A DNA stretch of 56,440 bases, counting the filler, from Sphacelaria rigidula (lineage: Eukaryota), in assembly GCA_964200075.2 (NCBI GenBank). It is 7 parts of 7 records of this genome, joined end to end, with 100 filler letters (N's around TTAATTAATTAA, not from the genome) between each part and the next. Parts side by side here need not be neighbours in the genome. Positions count along the whole stretch, not along the records: positions 1 to 7,978 come from CAXNAA020012765.1; positions 8,079 to 16,055 come from CAXNAA020012766.1; 5 more parts are not named here. The stretch is one strand, 5' to 3'. The translations under genes and the position numbers were made by a program. Positions 1-12,429 of the stretch are shown piece after piece (the first letter of the stretch is position 1; every line of letters begins with the position of its first letter). The notes beneath the pieces were generated by a model. That model was not told where the DNA came from. It was given only the letters and a program-made list of their open reading frames with translations, and made no database searches.

Positions 1-123
1 AAGATTTTAATCCTCCGGGTTCTCATCCTCAATCAATAGCACCATCCTCAATATAGATGATTGGCTGTTTAAACTGGGTGCCGTTCAAAATTCCTGTTCA
101 AAACTGCCTTCTTGGCCCTTCTC

Positions 124-474
124 CGTCGTTTTCCGCCTGAAAAGAGGGCTAGGCGGATGTTGACGCCTCGGAATGACTTGCTCTACTCATTGAGGCCATT
201 TCAGGGCAACCTTGCATTTCCCGCTGGCCGCACTTTCATTTTTGGCCAAACACGAATTTCCAACAAAAAACTGTCAATCGATCAGAAAACAGGGGGAAAT
301 TCTGATCACCTGACTGTTTTTCACTGAAAATCCGTGCCTCGCTTCATTTGGTCAGAAACAAAAGTGCGGCCAGCGGGAAATTCAAAGTTGCCCTAGAACG
401 GCCTCAACAAGTAGAGCAAGTCATTCCAAGGCGTCAATATCCGCCTAGCCCTCTTTTCCGGCGTAAATCGACGG
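124..474. mobile_element. Fold-back (long inverted-repeat) non-autonomous element
   Basis: Arms at ~124-240 and ~360-474 are near reverse complements (ccgtcg..gaaaagagggctaggcggatgttgacgcctcggaatgacttgctctact / agtagagcaagtcattccaaggcgtcaatatccgcctagccctcttttcc..cgacgg). The right arm recurs at ~27927-28040. Confidence 0.75.
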
Positions 475-640
475 GTGCCATTAGAGTTGGCCTTATGGAA
501 CACGCTTTTGAACAAAAATGACCCAACAGTTTTGAAATTTAGTCACCGGGCGATCGGTAACGCTCACGTGACCCGAAGGGTTGCCCGACGCGTAGCACCT
601 GGCCTTCCTGAGCATACTGAAGGGCCGCAAGAGCCGTAAA

Positions 641-1068
641 CACGGGATTTTACAAATCGGAAATGGATCTTTTATTGGAGATGAAAACCCTTAGGATTGA
701 AATCTCCGTATCCACACCAAATCTCCGAAGTGTGCTTTCATTTCTCTACTTGCTGGTAGCTATTGACAACGACTACGCGCCATACAAAATTTAGATTTCA
801 ATAACCGAAATGTCGGGGTCCTAGGTGAAAACACAATTTGAGGGGTTTTGGATGTCCGATCGGACGCCAAAATTGTTTTTTCACCCAGGGCGCCGACATC
901 TCGTTTATCGGAATCCAAATTTGTATGGCATGTAGTCGTTGTCAAAAGCTACCAGCAAGTGAAGAAATGGAATCATACTTCGAAGATTTGGTGTAGATAC
1001 AAAGATCATAATCCTCCGGGCTTTCATCCCCAATAGAAAAATCCATCCTCAATCTGTGAAATCCCGTG
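641..1068. mobile_element. Palindromic MITE with CACGGGATTT...AAATCCCGTG termini (CAC..GTG, CMC/Chapaev-like ends)
   Basis: Imperfect inverted arms of ~200 bp. A homologous full copy lies at 32818-33257, a short relative at 21819-21967, and a fragment at 1-52. Confidence 0.8.
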
Positions 1069-1249
1069 TTCGTAGGTGATGGCCAGGCGATCCATGGTGG
1101 CGTTGTATTTGGTGAAGGATTCACGATAGGCAGGCTTGAAGTTTGAAGTGTGGATCGTGAGGTGGCACATGCCATCCCTGGCGGGTTCTTATTTGATCAA
1201 GCATATACGGCAGATTCCGGCTGAAAACGCAAAGTCAGTTTCATCAGGA

Positions 1250-1830
1250 GACGATAGCTGCTCGAAAGGCATGGGGGAGCTCACAAAATCATTTTATCTT
1301 GCCTACACAGAGATGCTATCAAGGTGCGCGAGGTTCGCACCGTGAGCTGAGATCCTCCTTCGGGAATCGATCGATCGAGGTGCGCCTCATCAGTGTTTTT
1401 ATGTAACTGGATCGCACTCAATTCAAGATCTGAGACAGTTTCTCCCGTTGTCTGCAAGCGTAACTGTTCACGATCGATTTTCGCATGTCGCTGGAGACGA
1501 TTGCTGCTCAAGATGCAGGAGAGCTTACAAAATCGTCTTGCGTCCACTCATCTATGGGTCGAGTTACGTGACATTTGAACTGTGAGTTAGGTCGACATCA
1601 AGATGACCGTGACAGGATCGTGTTCACGCTAGTATCTGCGGTAGGTTCTTCGTTTCTCCCGTCGCCCGTCGTTTGAAGACGCAACATCGACTTTCGCGTA
1701 ACGCAGAATACGATAGCTCCTCAAGAAGCATAGAAGAGCTCACGAAACCTTCTCGCCTGCACAGAGATGCATCGAGTGGCGCGAGTTTCGCAGTGTGAGC
1801 TGAGATCAGCTTCTGAGAGTCAATCAACTG
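1250..1830. repeat. Degenerate direct repeats (about three copies)
   Basis: The block gatagct..gagctcac(a/g)aaa..gcct(a/g)cacagagatgc..gcgcgag..ttcgca..gtgagctgagatc occurs at ~1253-1360 and ~1712-1815, with a weaker copy near 1498-1545. Confidence 0.6.
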
Positions 1831-2752
1831 AGGGTACCCGAGTTGGAAAAAACTGCACCTTTCTTCTATTTTGGTCGACATAAACCCAATTTCCTATTGA
1901 GCTCAGGAACAAAATGATCAGATGTGGTGGGTATCGTTCGACCAAAGCGTCGTTCGTTATTCGTCAACACACGTAACACAGGATAAACAAGATACTGCTG
2001 TAAATTGGTGTGCCATAATACGGGGGCACGACTCTACTCCGTGCGTAGAGAGATCATCCCGCCCACGAGAGTCTCGACCTCGTCAGACCAACCGCAACCG
2101 TACATTCAACGGGGTACTGAATCTACCACTGCAACTTTGGCTCTACAGACAAGTACAGAATAAATAAAAGTACAGGGCAGATGTTGCTGACCAACATGAA
2201 ATAAACAGAACACACCCTTGCAGATACAACATCCCCAACAACGGGATGACACTCCAGTCGGACCAAACGCGCGATTCACAAGCTTGCGCGGGTTCATGAG
2301 CGTTACCTTCCCCGCGACAAGAGAAAAGACTGAGCTGAGCGACGACAGACAGACCATGCCCCTTTTATTTTTCTCCGAGGAAGTAAATCATCGTGGGCGA
2401 GACATACGGCAAAATTTGAGAGTCCAATCGAAGTAAAGGCAGACAGTCACGAAGTCATTCCAGTACCCCCGTCAACTACGACCGCCGCGCCCTCATCCCC
2501 GCCCCTCCGCTGTTGCGTCGATTGCTGAGTACTTACTTCACAAGCGCGAACCACCATCGTAGTCTACCAACAACCGAGATGTTGTGAAGATACAGGAACC
2601 AATGCATACGCAAGGCAAAACACGAGCCTAGAAGACGGGTTCTGCACAAAGATGTGCTGCAGCACCCACGGCACAGACTCTAGTCAAGAGCCAACGAACT
2701 ATAGATTCAGTTAAGTACATGAGCGCTGCTCAGCAGCCAAGGCTCTACTGCG

Positions 2753-3142
2753 CTACGGCAGCCGGGTAGCCACAGAGGTCAGCGGTATCACCACTGCCCT
2801 GCTGTACCCGCGTCGGCCGCCCAAGGCATCCAAAACTGGGCGTGTGATGATAACACATGGTGGCATATCACAAACGACACCGTCGCCGCTGTCCTCAGCG
2901 AATCCTCTTTCTGGCAGCTTTGGCGCTTGCAGCGCGACGCGTCCGCATCGCCAGCAAACCGTCATCGGTGCCCCAATGGTACTTGACCTTGCTCTTCCAT
3001 GTGTTTTTTTCCGACTTCGGAATTGGTCCCGTACGCTGTGGGGGGACAGCGAGACACGACGGGGTCGTGGGCGGGAATCAACAAATGGATCATGACCACG
3101 TTTTTTACCCGATAAATAGAGGACTGGATATATTATCATCAC
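2753..3142 (-). mobile_element. Possible degenerate LTR-retrotransposon gag (broken zinc knuckle)
   Basis: The ORF contains VCWRCGR after a basic R/G-rich stretch, like a CCHC knuckle that has lost its distal H and C. Confidence 0.3.
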
Positions 3143-3569
3143 GGCGCGTTTAATCGCTCAAAGTAGGTACTGTGGATGAAGGGAGGAAGAATATCTATGG
3201 CGGAAATTTGACTTCAAAGTCGGCTGTTGGTCAACATCAGGTAGAATAATGCACGGGGCACGATCAAGACGCACTGTAACATCTGCCAGGGGTGCTCAAA
3301 CGTGTTGTAGCCTTAGCTCTCAGCCTCACTTGGGCGGCCGTTTCCTCTATTGTGTCATTAATGCAAAATTACCCAATTGTGCTGTGTCCTCAGCTTTTCA
3401 CGACTCGCCCCCTGACGCTCACCTTGCCCGAATCATTCCTTGGCCTCTTCGTATCGTCAGAGTTGTCAATCTTTGGAGGAAGTGTCATGCCCACACCTGT
3501 GAGCGGGGTCACAAGTAGACATACAAGAACCAAGGAGGTGAATGCGAAGCGTATGCTTGAAAAGTAGGA

Positions 3570-4160
3570 GGTTTATGGCATAGGAGGCCGTATAGAACAC
3601 AGGCCATGACCTCGTGCGCACCGTCATCGGCCAGGGAAGCGAGTGATGCACACGTTGAAGCAAGATCATATGATATGCAAAATGTACTCTCAAGTTTCGC
3701 GTGTTAGAAAGAATTGATGGTGAGTAACCAAGAAGTACACCGTAGGAGAATATACGGATAACAAGCAAGAGCCAAAACATACTCAGACACGCAATAAAAA
3801 AAGAAAGCAGCAAAGATGGCAGACGTTCTACCGAGCTCACGACGTGTTGGGCCACGTATTACGTTTCGGCGACCTTCAACAGACTGAAAATAAACTTCAT
3901 TACTAGTGGTAACACAGCAAAACGTCCCCTTGAATGGCGCGCTTTGATCGTGTTCACATGCGTGGTGGTCCAGTCTGTCATTCACCTCTTTGCCCCTTTC
4001 TTCACGACCCGATACCACACGCACGTGTTCGGTGATCCGCATCCAGGGTGTCGCGTCTATTCCGAAGGCGGAACAGTATTCAGTGCACGTCTTTCGAGAA
4101 TTGGGACGATTGTACGCTCCGAAGCGGATCGAACAAGAGAAGCTTGGGAGAGGACACAAG
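3570..4160 (+). mobile_element. Highly decayed Ty1/Copia RT-RNase H remnant
   Basis: Frameshifted translations give TGHDLVRTV..KII*YAKCTLKF (cf. TRPDIAYAV..KRILRYLKGT) and QGVASIPKAEQYS-ARLSRI (cf. DNQGAI..S.RTKHID). Confidence 0.35.
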
Positions 4161-4319
4161 CCTAGACCTCCTTTCAGTCAGATATGGTTGTGCCGCTCAG
4201 TACCCGAGAATCGTGAATAAATAGTCTCGACCTCATGAATACAACATACACAGTAACGTGTACGTACGTGAAAATCATCACGTCCTCCCCCTTCCCCCTT
4301 CTCCCCCTCTCTGTCTCAC

Positions 4320-4797
4320 CATCACACACGATCATATCCTTGAGAATGTCGACCCTCATATTTGGATCTTCCGCAAGGATCCCGTTCACCGTTACCCGTC
4401 CGAGAGCGATCAAAATCTCGCAGGTGGTCTTCGTCGACACCCGACAATAGCTCATAGCCGCCCCAAGCTTTTTAGGATAGCCTCCGCCTGGCACAATCTC
4501 AGCACTTATATCGTCATCATCCACATCATCATCCGCGTCCCCGTCTTCCCTATTGTCATCACCATCCCGGGGCTGTCCTTCAGCAGCTGTGGATAATGGG
4601 GGTACCGCTCTCGGATCCGGTAATTTCGATGGTCGCCTAGGAAGGGCAAGCTTCAATCCGTCCCTCGTGTACATGGGTTCGGGTTCCACATCTTCTACAG
4701 GGCGAGGCGCTGCTTCTGGCTGCTCCCCCTGTGACTCCGCGTACTGATGTCGTTGCTGCTGCTGGGGTCTTGTCTTCCACTCCGATCCAGCTGGACC
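4320..4797 (-). CDS. Exon of an S4-domain protein (N-terminal S4 domain of the RsuA/RluB/RluF-type pseudouridine synthase family); partial gene
   Basis: KLGAAMSYCRVSTKTTCEILIALGRVTVNGILAEDPNMRVDILKDMIVCDG fits the S4 pattern (GRVTVNG..D.I.VDG) and ends at a GTGAG donor at 4319. The acceptor position is uncertain and no other exons were found. Confidence 0.7.
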
Positions 4798-6159
4798 TTC
4801 GATCAGGAAGGAGCCAGTAAGCAGCACGGACGAAGGCATGTGAAGAATGGCAGGCGATACAGAGGGGGACAGAGGGGGGGGAGGGGGGCAAAAATTCAGC
4901 AGGATTGTGTGCCTACAGGGAGAGCAGAGCTGCCATCTCAGAGCTTATACAACGGAGAAGACGAACGCGTTGGTGAAGCGTGTGATTCCCTTTGTGCTCC
5001 TATACTATACGAGTTGTAAGTGAGTGAATGTTGAAATTGATATAATGCGTGAGACCTTTTGGCGAAAGATCTCACGAATACTAAAACAGGACAACGCAAA
5101 AACAAATTAGTGAAAAAATCGAGTTGTATCACACGAAGTGAAATTTCGCAAAAACTCAACTTGCCTACAACAACCGCATGCACCTGAGAGAATTTACCTC
5201 CAATGAAAATTATGGGCTGGGCACTGAACCGCAACTTCACTCATCTATATTCTTGAAACGGGGGAAGCGCTCGTCTGCGTACAAATAGTAGCCCCGTTCT
5301 TCAACGTGTATATCGTTGACAAAAAATAGTCAGCTGCTAGCCTTGTTAATACACTTGACCGATGTAGCATCGGGCTTCATTTATGCACGAGCCATGCTTC
5401 GTGACTTTGTCAACCCGCAGTGCTCTGCACATAATGCTTCGTTTCTGAATCTTGAAAGTCTCAATCGCCTTCGCAATTTCTTAGATGATGACGAATGTTG
5501 AGGATGTTTGGGACTGGAAGCTGGACACATGACATCAATTTCGCCAGGATAACCTGAAGCACACAGCGAGTATGACCGCTGCGATAACGATTGCAATATC
5601 CCGAATGGGAAAAAGGCTGTGCATAAACGAAATGTCGGAGTAGCATAGCAACATGGCGCGAAGGGAGACCAGAAAGTGGAGTTTGCCGCTGCTTCGGTGT
5701 TCACCACCTCCTCTCTAGCTGAACATCCTGACGATGTTGGGAAAAAGTGCTGCTCTCTTACTACTGCTGTACATCGTACGTCACCTAGACTACAGCCACT
5801 ATCTTGGATCATCAGCGTTCTCTCGCAAAAGGTGTGGCGGATTGACATCAACATCTTACGCATCTTTTCTCTGGATACAGTCCGATAATGGGGAAAATAA
5901 CTTGGCTACAAGACCTCACTTTGTTTGCCTTCCATACAACCTCATCTTACGCATCTACTCTCTGGTTACGCGCTGTGCTGGCATCAGCGGCAGAGATCTC
6001 CGCTGTGTAGGGTATATTGGGAGGATGAAAGGCAGGGATGTGATCGATAGATCGGGTGCAGTCCACTACAGAAGATTCGACGGGATTACATGTTGAGCAC
6101 GTGGCAATTTGACTTACGGGAAACAGGGTGAGATGCAAGAGCGTAAGGTCCAGAATATA

Positions 6160-6220
6160 TATACCGAAAGGTGTAGACTGGTGCCCACAATAAATGGGAC
6201 GACAACACACCACGCACACT
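6160..6220 (+). repeat. 3' tail fragment of a SINE/LINE family
   Basis: ataccgaaagg.gtagactgg.g.ccc..aata.atgggacgacaacacac is shared with 10090-10188 and 47260-47346. Confidence 0.7.
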
Positions 6221-6663
6221 ATTCCGAGGCCGTTGGTAACAAATGCGGCGGATTACCCGTTGCGAAACGATACTGTACGGATTGACCTTCAAAACGATGA
6301 CAAGTGACAGGAAAAGTGACAAGGAACAAACGTAGAGTTGTCTTGAGGTGTGATGTGCGTTCTCGATTGGAGGAAATTAGATACATGTGCCATAGCTTAC
6401 GGAGGAGCTGCTGGAGGTGCACGTCCGCACCCTTCGCCCCTCTGAGATCAGTGTGTCGGTTTTGCTCTCTATTATACCAGTGGTATTCAACGACATGATA
6501 TATCTGCATATCTTCGTTTTATTGACTTCCATCTCGACAACTGGAGTTGTGCGAGCTGTCTTTTCCTTTCTGGTTAGGCAGTCGGTGCTGCTTGAACCAG
6601 TGTGTGCTCGAAGTATATCGTCACGCTAGCGTGCAGTACTTACGATAGACTTGGAGTAGTAGA

Positions 6664-7760
6664 TTGGCTTGTGCCATGAGTAGTACAGGAAGCGAGCAAC
6701 AAGCAAATAGGAATGTAGTAGCGGAGCAGGAGGCCTCCGTTCAAGAGCTCTTCGTGACGCCGGAAGATTACCATAGTTTCAACGAAGGGCAAGCTAGTAG
6801 GGCTAGAGAGGCTTCCGCAGCAGTGGGGACAGAAAGCCCGCCACATCAGGAAGCTGATCCGATGGACTTCGGAGCAAGGGGTACACCACTCAGCAGCTGG
6901 ACCGGTGCTCGATCCGCGAGAGCTGCAGGTACTCAAGTCGGTAGCACGGCGTTGGGTAGGATGCCCAGTCTTGGATTCGCAAATGCAGTCGATTTCAGTG
7001 CCGGTGTTGATGTACAGAGACAAAGTAACACCCAAGGTACGTCGATTCTCCCGAGTGTCGATTCTCGAACATTGGAGGCTCGACTAATTCGTCCATTCAA
7101 CAGCAACAAGGGTCATGCGTGGATGAATTTCAAGCAAGAAGTTCAGCGGTATGCTTTTCTTTACGGTTTCGGAGAGGCATTGTTCAGACACCCTGCGCTG
7201 TGTGTTGATCCTGTGAACGAGCAGCAGCTGCCAGGACTGGGTGTGAGTTCGGAAGACATTAAACGAGCACGATTTGCGCATATTTTGTTGCCCAACACTG
7301 TCAAGGATGGGGTCGGTAGACACATACTTTTCGAGTCGCGATCACCTTCTATAGAACGGCATGCTTTGGATGTACAGTTCTCTCCGAAACATCAAGCTCA
7401 AATATGGACGTTTTGGCCGAGGCTCAACTACCAAGACTACAGCGAGGGTCAAGACACTGATGGATCCTGGATTCGACTACAGCCATTGCAGTCGCGTGCT
7501 AGGTCGCTGGGATAGGAGAGTGCTCAAGAGATTCGTGAACGACTTTTTCAATTATTTTCTCTATGAGTACACCACTGTACGAGATCAATACGTCTTGAGC
7601 CGACTCTAGAGACGGATAACACGACAAGTTGTCAAAGACAAATATCTATCGCTCTAGAAAATAGGCGGTTCGCGCAGTACAGAGCACAACCATGCCCTTT
7701 ACATGGGCAACAAAGGTTCCACCCCTAAGGGTAAGAGCGAAGGGGGTAGGAATACGAGCT
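6664..7760 (+). mobile_element. Ty1/Copia gag pseudogene
   Basis: The 283-aa ORF has gag-like motifs (FKQEVQRYAFLYG..ARFAHILL..ILFESRSPS..ALDVQFSP..EGQD..WIRL..ARSLG). Similarity appears to continue past the in-frame stop at 7513. Confidence 0.65.
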
Positions 7761-7874
7761 GGTTCAGATTGAACACCTAAAACTCATTCCCCGGGATTTC
7801 CTCACGCCGTTTTTTAGAGTTAGACCACGAAAATTTGCGCACATGTTCTTGAGGGCACTGTCTAAAACTCGAAG

Positions 7875-7932
<58 letters not shown>

Positions 7933-7978
7933 GGGGAAGAGAACACCGAGAACCACCGGCCCCGAGAACCTGGCAGCT

Positions 7979-8078
7979 NNNNNNNNNNNNNNNNNNNNNN
8001 NNNNNNNNNNNNNNNNNNNNNNTTAATTAATTAANNNNNNNNNNNNNNNNNNNNNNNNNNNNNNNNNNNNNNNNNNNN
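7979..8078. other. Artificial scaffold linker (N44-TTAATTAATTAA-N44)
   Basis: A six-frame-stop linker inside an N run, recurring every 8077 nt. Confidence 0.97.
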
Positions 8079-8206
8079 AGAATCGTTAGGAGTCCCTGAA
8101 CTAGACATAATTTCGCGAAAAAAGTGCACCCCTACCGTAGCATTGCTCCCAACTTCGGCCTAAAGACGGTTGGTTGTCGTTGGTGGCGGTTTGGTACAAG
8201 AGTCAA

Positions 8207-8469
8207 GAATGATGTCACGATAGGAGGGGTGTGTGTTTGCTGCCACGAAAAACAGGGGCTCACAGATGGGTCAGATGATGCAGCTGCTCGCGGTGCGTTT
8301 GTGCTCTGATGAAAACGGTGTCATGTGGTATGAATTGAGTGTGTGTTATTGGTGACAAGCGCGTTTCAACAAACAAACGTTGCTGCGTTTAACGATGTTT
8401 TTGAGGTGGAGTTCCGTTGAAGAGAATGCCCAAAATCCCCCCCCCTCCCCCCCTGTCGTAGCATCACTC
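8207..8469. mobile_element. MITE of the GAG..CTC-terminus family with 4-bp TSD (TCAA), Sola2-like; internal type B
   Basis: TIR gaatgatgtcacgatagg / cctgtcgtagcatcactc with TCAA on both sides. The interior is homologous to 21988-22245 and 56386-56440. Confidence 0.8.
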
Positions 8470-10089
8470 TCAAGACACTCTAACCCTTGCTCGATTGTGC
8501 TGAAAACTGGTGGGCGTGTAGTTGACATCAATCTCATCATGCCATAGGAGGGTTGCACAAAATATTTCTTAGGTATGAATTGTTAGGAGCTCTTTATCTC
8601 AATACAAGAAAAAAAATGTATATAGAGCTATGTGAGAGCACGCCACGATTAGAATTCCAATGTGCTATTATAGAGATTTCTCGAACGAATTTTAACCCTT
8701 TGGGAACCCTCCCCTCCCGTGCCCGGGCTAGACGCCTCATTATATCGAGCCCTGACAAGGAAGAATCTCTGTTGACAGAGAAAATACCAACGTCAACCGT
8801 CGTACTGTGGAAGACTCCAGAAGAATCCACCAGCATGTGCCACGGGTGCAGGAAAAACGTCCATCCCGGAGAGGTCGATTGAGCTTTATCCAATCATACC
8901 ACGCAACGGGCGGTGTGTGTCTAAGTAGTATATACATCGACAATAATCCACAAACACGCTACCTATGAAACTCGCTATTAAAAAAACAGCAAGGGGTTCC
9001 GGGCTCCGACTCGGCACGTCCGTATATCAGCAATTGTATAGACTATAAGTGAAGCAGCGTTTTGGTGGGCTGCATCATCGGTTGGCGGGTATGCTGTGAG
9101 AATGCTGTGAATAATCAACCATATATATTTGGTTTTGAAACCATCAATCGCAAATCATCAATCTTCCATTACTAGTTCCAAAAGCGTCAAGACGGGAATG
9201 TAATGACCCATAATCTTGTGTAGCTCTTAAGTTTAGGAGCCACTCAGGACAAACCTGGGTCCGAATGTGCAACCCCTACTGTGGCGTGGACACAACCATG
9301 ATGCCTGTTCCGGATTTTACAATAGCCCGTCACCGTTCGAAACGCATGGCCAACGCAAACACTGAGGAGGACATGCCTATAATACTATACTGAGAATGTA
9401 CCTAAGAGATTGCCCTGGGCCCAGGGCGCTTCCAATTTCAATTTATTTCGATGTTTGTGACGTCGCGGTCTTGGATTGCGGCGGTGAAACCGGAGTGGGG
9501 TCTCGGCTGGGCCCTTCTTAGAAGTGCCTCTACAATGAAGGTCTGCCGCACGCACCCGGGGTATGGTGATGTGTCGTTGCACGGAAGCGTAAAGTTATAT
9601 TGAAGCATAAATCATGTTCGTGTTATCGCCGTCGCCCTACATTCGCAAGGGTCCGCAGCAAGCCGGCGCTGAGACGCGAGCCGTTTCCCGGAAAATGCCC
9701 GCTAGGTCGTCCCCCACTAATCCCAGCCACTACAATGCATGTCTTCAAGTACACGTACAGGACTTACTTCCCGGTATGTCATAGACTGAAACTTGCGAAC
9801 TGCTGTTTCTCGGGCAGACAGGAGACAGCGCCAAGCGTCAAGCAGCTGCACACTGGGCCGAGGGGCCCCATGTCGGAAAATAACGGCACGACCCCCCCCC
9901 CCAGGTCGCTCAAACCTCATTCTGGGGCCGTGGGAGGGGAGGGGGGGATGTACTCATGATCATGCATGCCATAGGCATCAGACCANNNNNNNNNCAGCTA
10001 CAGCGTGCGTTTGCCCCAGGTGACGCACGCAGGAGTGGAAGGCTGCCTCCGCCGCTGTAATAGCTGCCTACCTAGATTTCTATTTGTGT

Positions 10090-10188
10090 TGGCCTTCCTC
10101 CGGTGTGACCCTTGCTGGTGCGCCCAAATATACCGAAAGGCGGAGACCGGCGTCCCGAATAGATGGGACGACAACACACACAACACAC
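10090..10188 (+). repeat. 3' portion of SINE/LINE family with stem-loop and CA-rich tail
   Basis: Aligns by eye to 47260-47346. A GTCCC-gaatagat-GGGAC hairpin is followed by acaacacacacaacacac. Confidence 0.7.
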
Positions 10189-11023
10189 TGTTCGCAGTAC
10201 ATTTTTAACATCGTGTTCGTGCTGACTGTAGCAATCTTTGTCCAGGATGTGGTACATTTCTACATGTATGTAATATTCATCAGTTAGATCGTGAAAAAAT
10301 CCGCAACATCTGGGCTAACTGCAGGTGAGGCCATCGCCAAAATATTCACCTGCAAACTTTGCTCCAGTGCACTGTAAGTTAATATCGCTAGAAGGAAACT
10401 ACTATAACCACGTTGCCAGCTGACAGGCTGTCAGGACGTAGGATGTGCTAGCATTGCCACTGTCTGTACGGGGATGTTGCCCCCTTGTTGGGTACGTGGG
10501 AAAGGGTCCGTGGCAGAACGCAGTGGTCGCGTCAAGCAGCCGCACGCTGGGCGTTCTCACTCAAAACTTCGATTTGGAGGATGATACTAGGTAGCAGGTA
10601 GCAGCAACTGTTGTGTGTCCAGGCGCCCCTTGGAGCAGGATGCATTTGATTTCTGTTTGACAAAGTTTTCCCCCTAAAACCGAAATCAATAGGGGTTTGA
10701 AAGTGGGAAATCTAGCAAAAAAACTCGCTAAAGAAAGGTTAGTCGTTTTTTTTTCCCGGAGCACAAACCAAAGTCACCAAGTGAAATTGGAATATCTCGA
10801 CGTTTTTGTCTGAGGCTTGAGAGAAGGGCCCTGGGAGTTTCAAGACAGGTACCCGATAATTTCAAGGCCACCATCGATATTTCAGTTTTCCTTCCTTTTC
10901 TTTTCTTCCGAAAAATAAGGGCGAATCTCTTTCCCGGAAATAGTCTAATGGAGCTAACTATAAAACAAAAGAAGTGAAAACTGTTTCATGATGGCCTTCG
11001 TATGGCTGATGCGCACCTCTCTC

Positions 11024-11700
11024 CTAATAAAATTCAGGTCCCAACTCTGAAACTTCGGGTGAAAATTCCAGGGTTGCACGTTCTTGTCTCAATTCGTGGG
11101 ACCAGTCTGCAACCGTGTAGTGCGGAGTCCGTCGCCTGGTCCGTGCATGCGTGAGGATGCTCGTTTCCACCTCTTCTCCTTCTGATGATAAGGGGGAAGG
11201 GGTGGCGGCCGCCAATGTGTATGCTGAGGCCGGGTTGCTCGCAGGATCTATCCTGGGGATCCCTTTGGCAGGGAGACGGTTCCGACAGGCCGGCACTTCT
11301 ACGTTCGGGTAGAGGCGACCGGCAAAGACCTCGCCATCTTTCGCCAATAGGGGCCTACAGAGGCGAGCAGAGGGGGAGGATCGCTGCTGGCCCCACGGCG
11401 CTGCTGTCCCTGAGTGGATTCATGTACAATAAAGCTTTTGTCGGCGGGGACGAAGTCAAGCCATGAGGCATGGTACCATGCATGACTGCTGGGCGTTGAC
11501 ATGCAAGCGAAGCAAAAGCTGAGCACTTATCTTGGGTTTTATGTGACTTGCTCGAGCTGTAGCTCGCATGGGAGAACGCATGTACGTTCCCACTGTATCG
11601 TGAAAAAAAGTATATGGATGACGTGATGTCCCAACACATAATCGCGAGGACACTCTAGATGCCCTCGTCAGCTTTGTTCGCCAAGCAGTCATGAGTTTGT
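11024..11700 (-). mobile_element. Decayed Ty3/Gypsy pol remnant (RNase H to pre-integrase linker)
   Basis: Frameshifted pieces AIMCWDI..YFF (cf. AIVWAIK..YL), WLDFVPA (cf. RWLDFLSAY) and TVADWSHELRQE (cf. DW..AQ..D). Confidence 0.35.
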
Positions 11701-11929
11701 CCTGCTCACCAAGTGTCCTCGTCCACGATTAGTGTTGGCTATGGGTAAACACACAAGAGTGCCTGGCATACCTTCAAGTATACTGCAAAGGTGCTTACGG
11801 TGGGGTAGAGTACAAAGTATGATGATGGTTTTCGACACAAACAAATACTGAGTATTTTCATCTGTCGACACCCTGTGTGTTGTGACACCCTGTACACCCC
11901 GAAATACTGGATTATTTCCACAGTCGATG

Positions 11930-12220
11930 CCCTAGGTACCTACAGCACCGATTACTTGTACTCGGTACTCTGGGTGCCACACCGAGTAATTAGAGGGAGG
12001 GCGAATGGGTGCCCGTAGAACCCGAAGGACTCAGTACTTGACGTTAGCACCCCCGGGTACCAAGGGTGGGGGGTACCTTTCCCGTATTCAGCGGTTCCAG
12101 CAGACGATACGTTGCGTACCCTGGAGCATAGGGTACCCTCGAGTACCGGGTATTCTTGAGCAGTGGGCACTCCATAAACCTCGAAAATTCACGGTACCCC
12201 AGAGTAAGTAAGTACCCTAG
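11930..12220. repeat. GGTACC/GTAC-motif-rich repeat
   Basis: About 10 (g)gtacc/gtact motifs within ~290 bp. Confidence 0.5.
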
Positions 12221-12429
12221 CCGAAGCACCTGCGGGATGTTGTTCAATCGAGATTGGTCTGACGATCCTGCGTTCCGCAGTGTAGGCGGCGTTCTGCTGA
12301 GAAAATACATGATCACACCAAATATCTCCCCGCGCAATTTCCACGTGTGCCACAGCATATAACCAGCCAGAATTCTCAGAAGGCCACAGCTATACCCCTG
12401 CTCTTGCTTTTTGTGGGCTCGAACTCCCT

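Noticed and set aside
1999-2196. Solo LTR (TGT..AATAAA..CCAACA)
   Set aside because: The ends are plausible, but there is no TSD or second full copy in the window.
5316-6096. Short ORFs with signal-peptide-like starts (MTKNSQLLALLI.., MLGKSAALLLLL..)
   Set aside because: No consistent splice structure or recognisable domain follows them.
7878-7931. Long poly-G run / poly-Gly or poly-Pro ORFs
   Set aside because: A homopolymer near a scaffold end, so its length is unreliable, and there is no coding support.
9945-9973. 29-nt match (ggatgtactcatgatcatgcatgccatag) to 36911-36939
   Set aside because: Most likely the end of another dispersed repeat, and too short to define.
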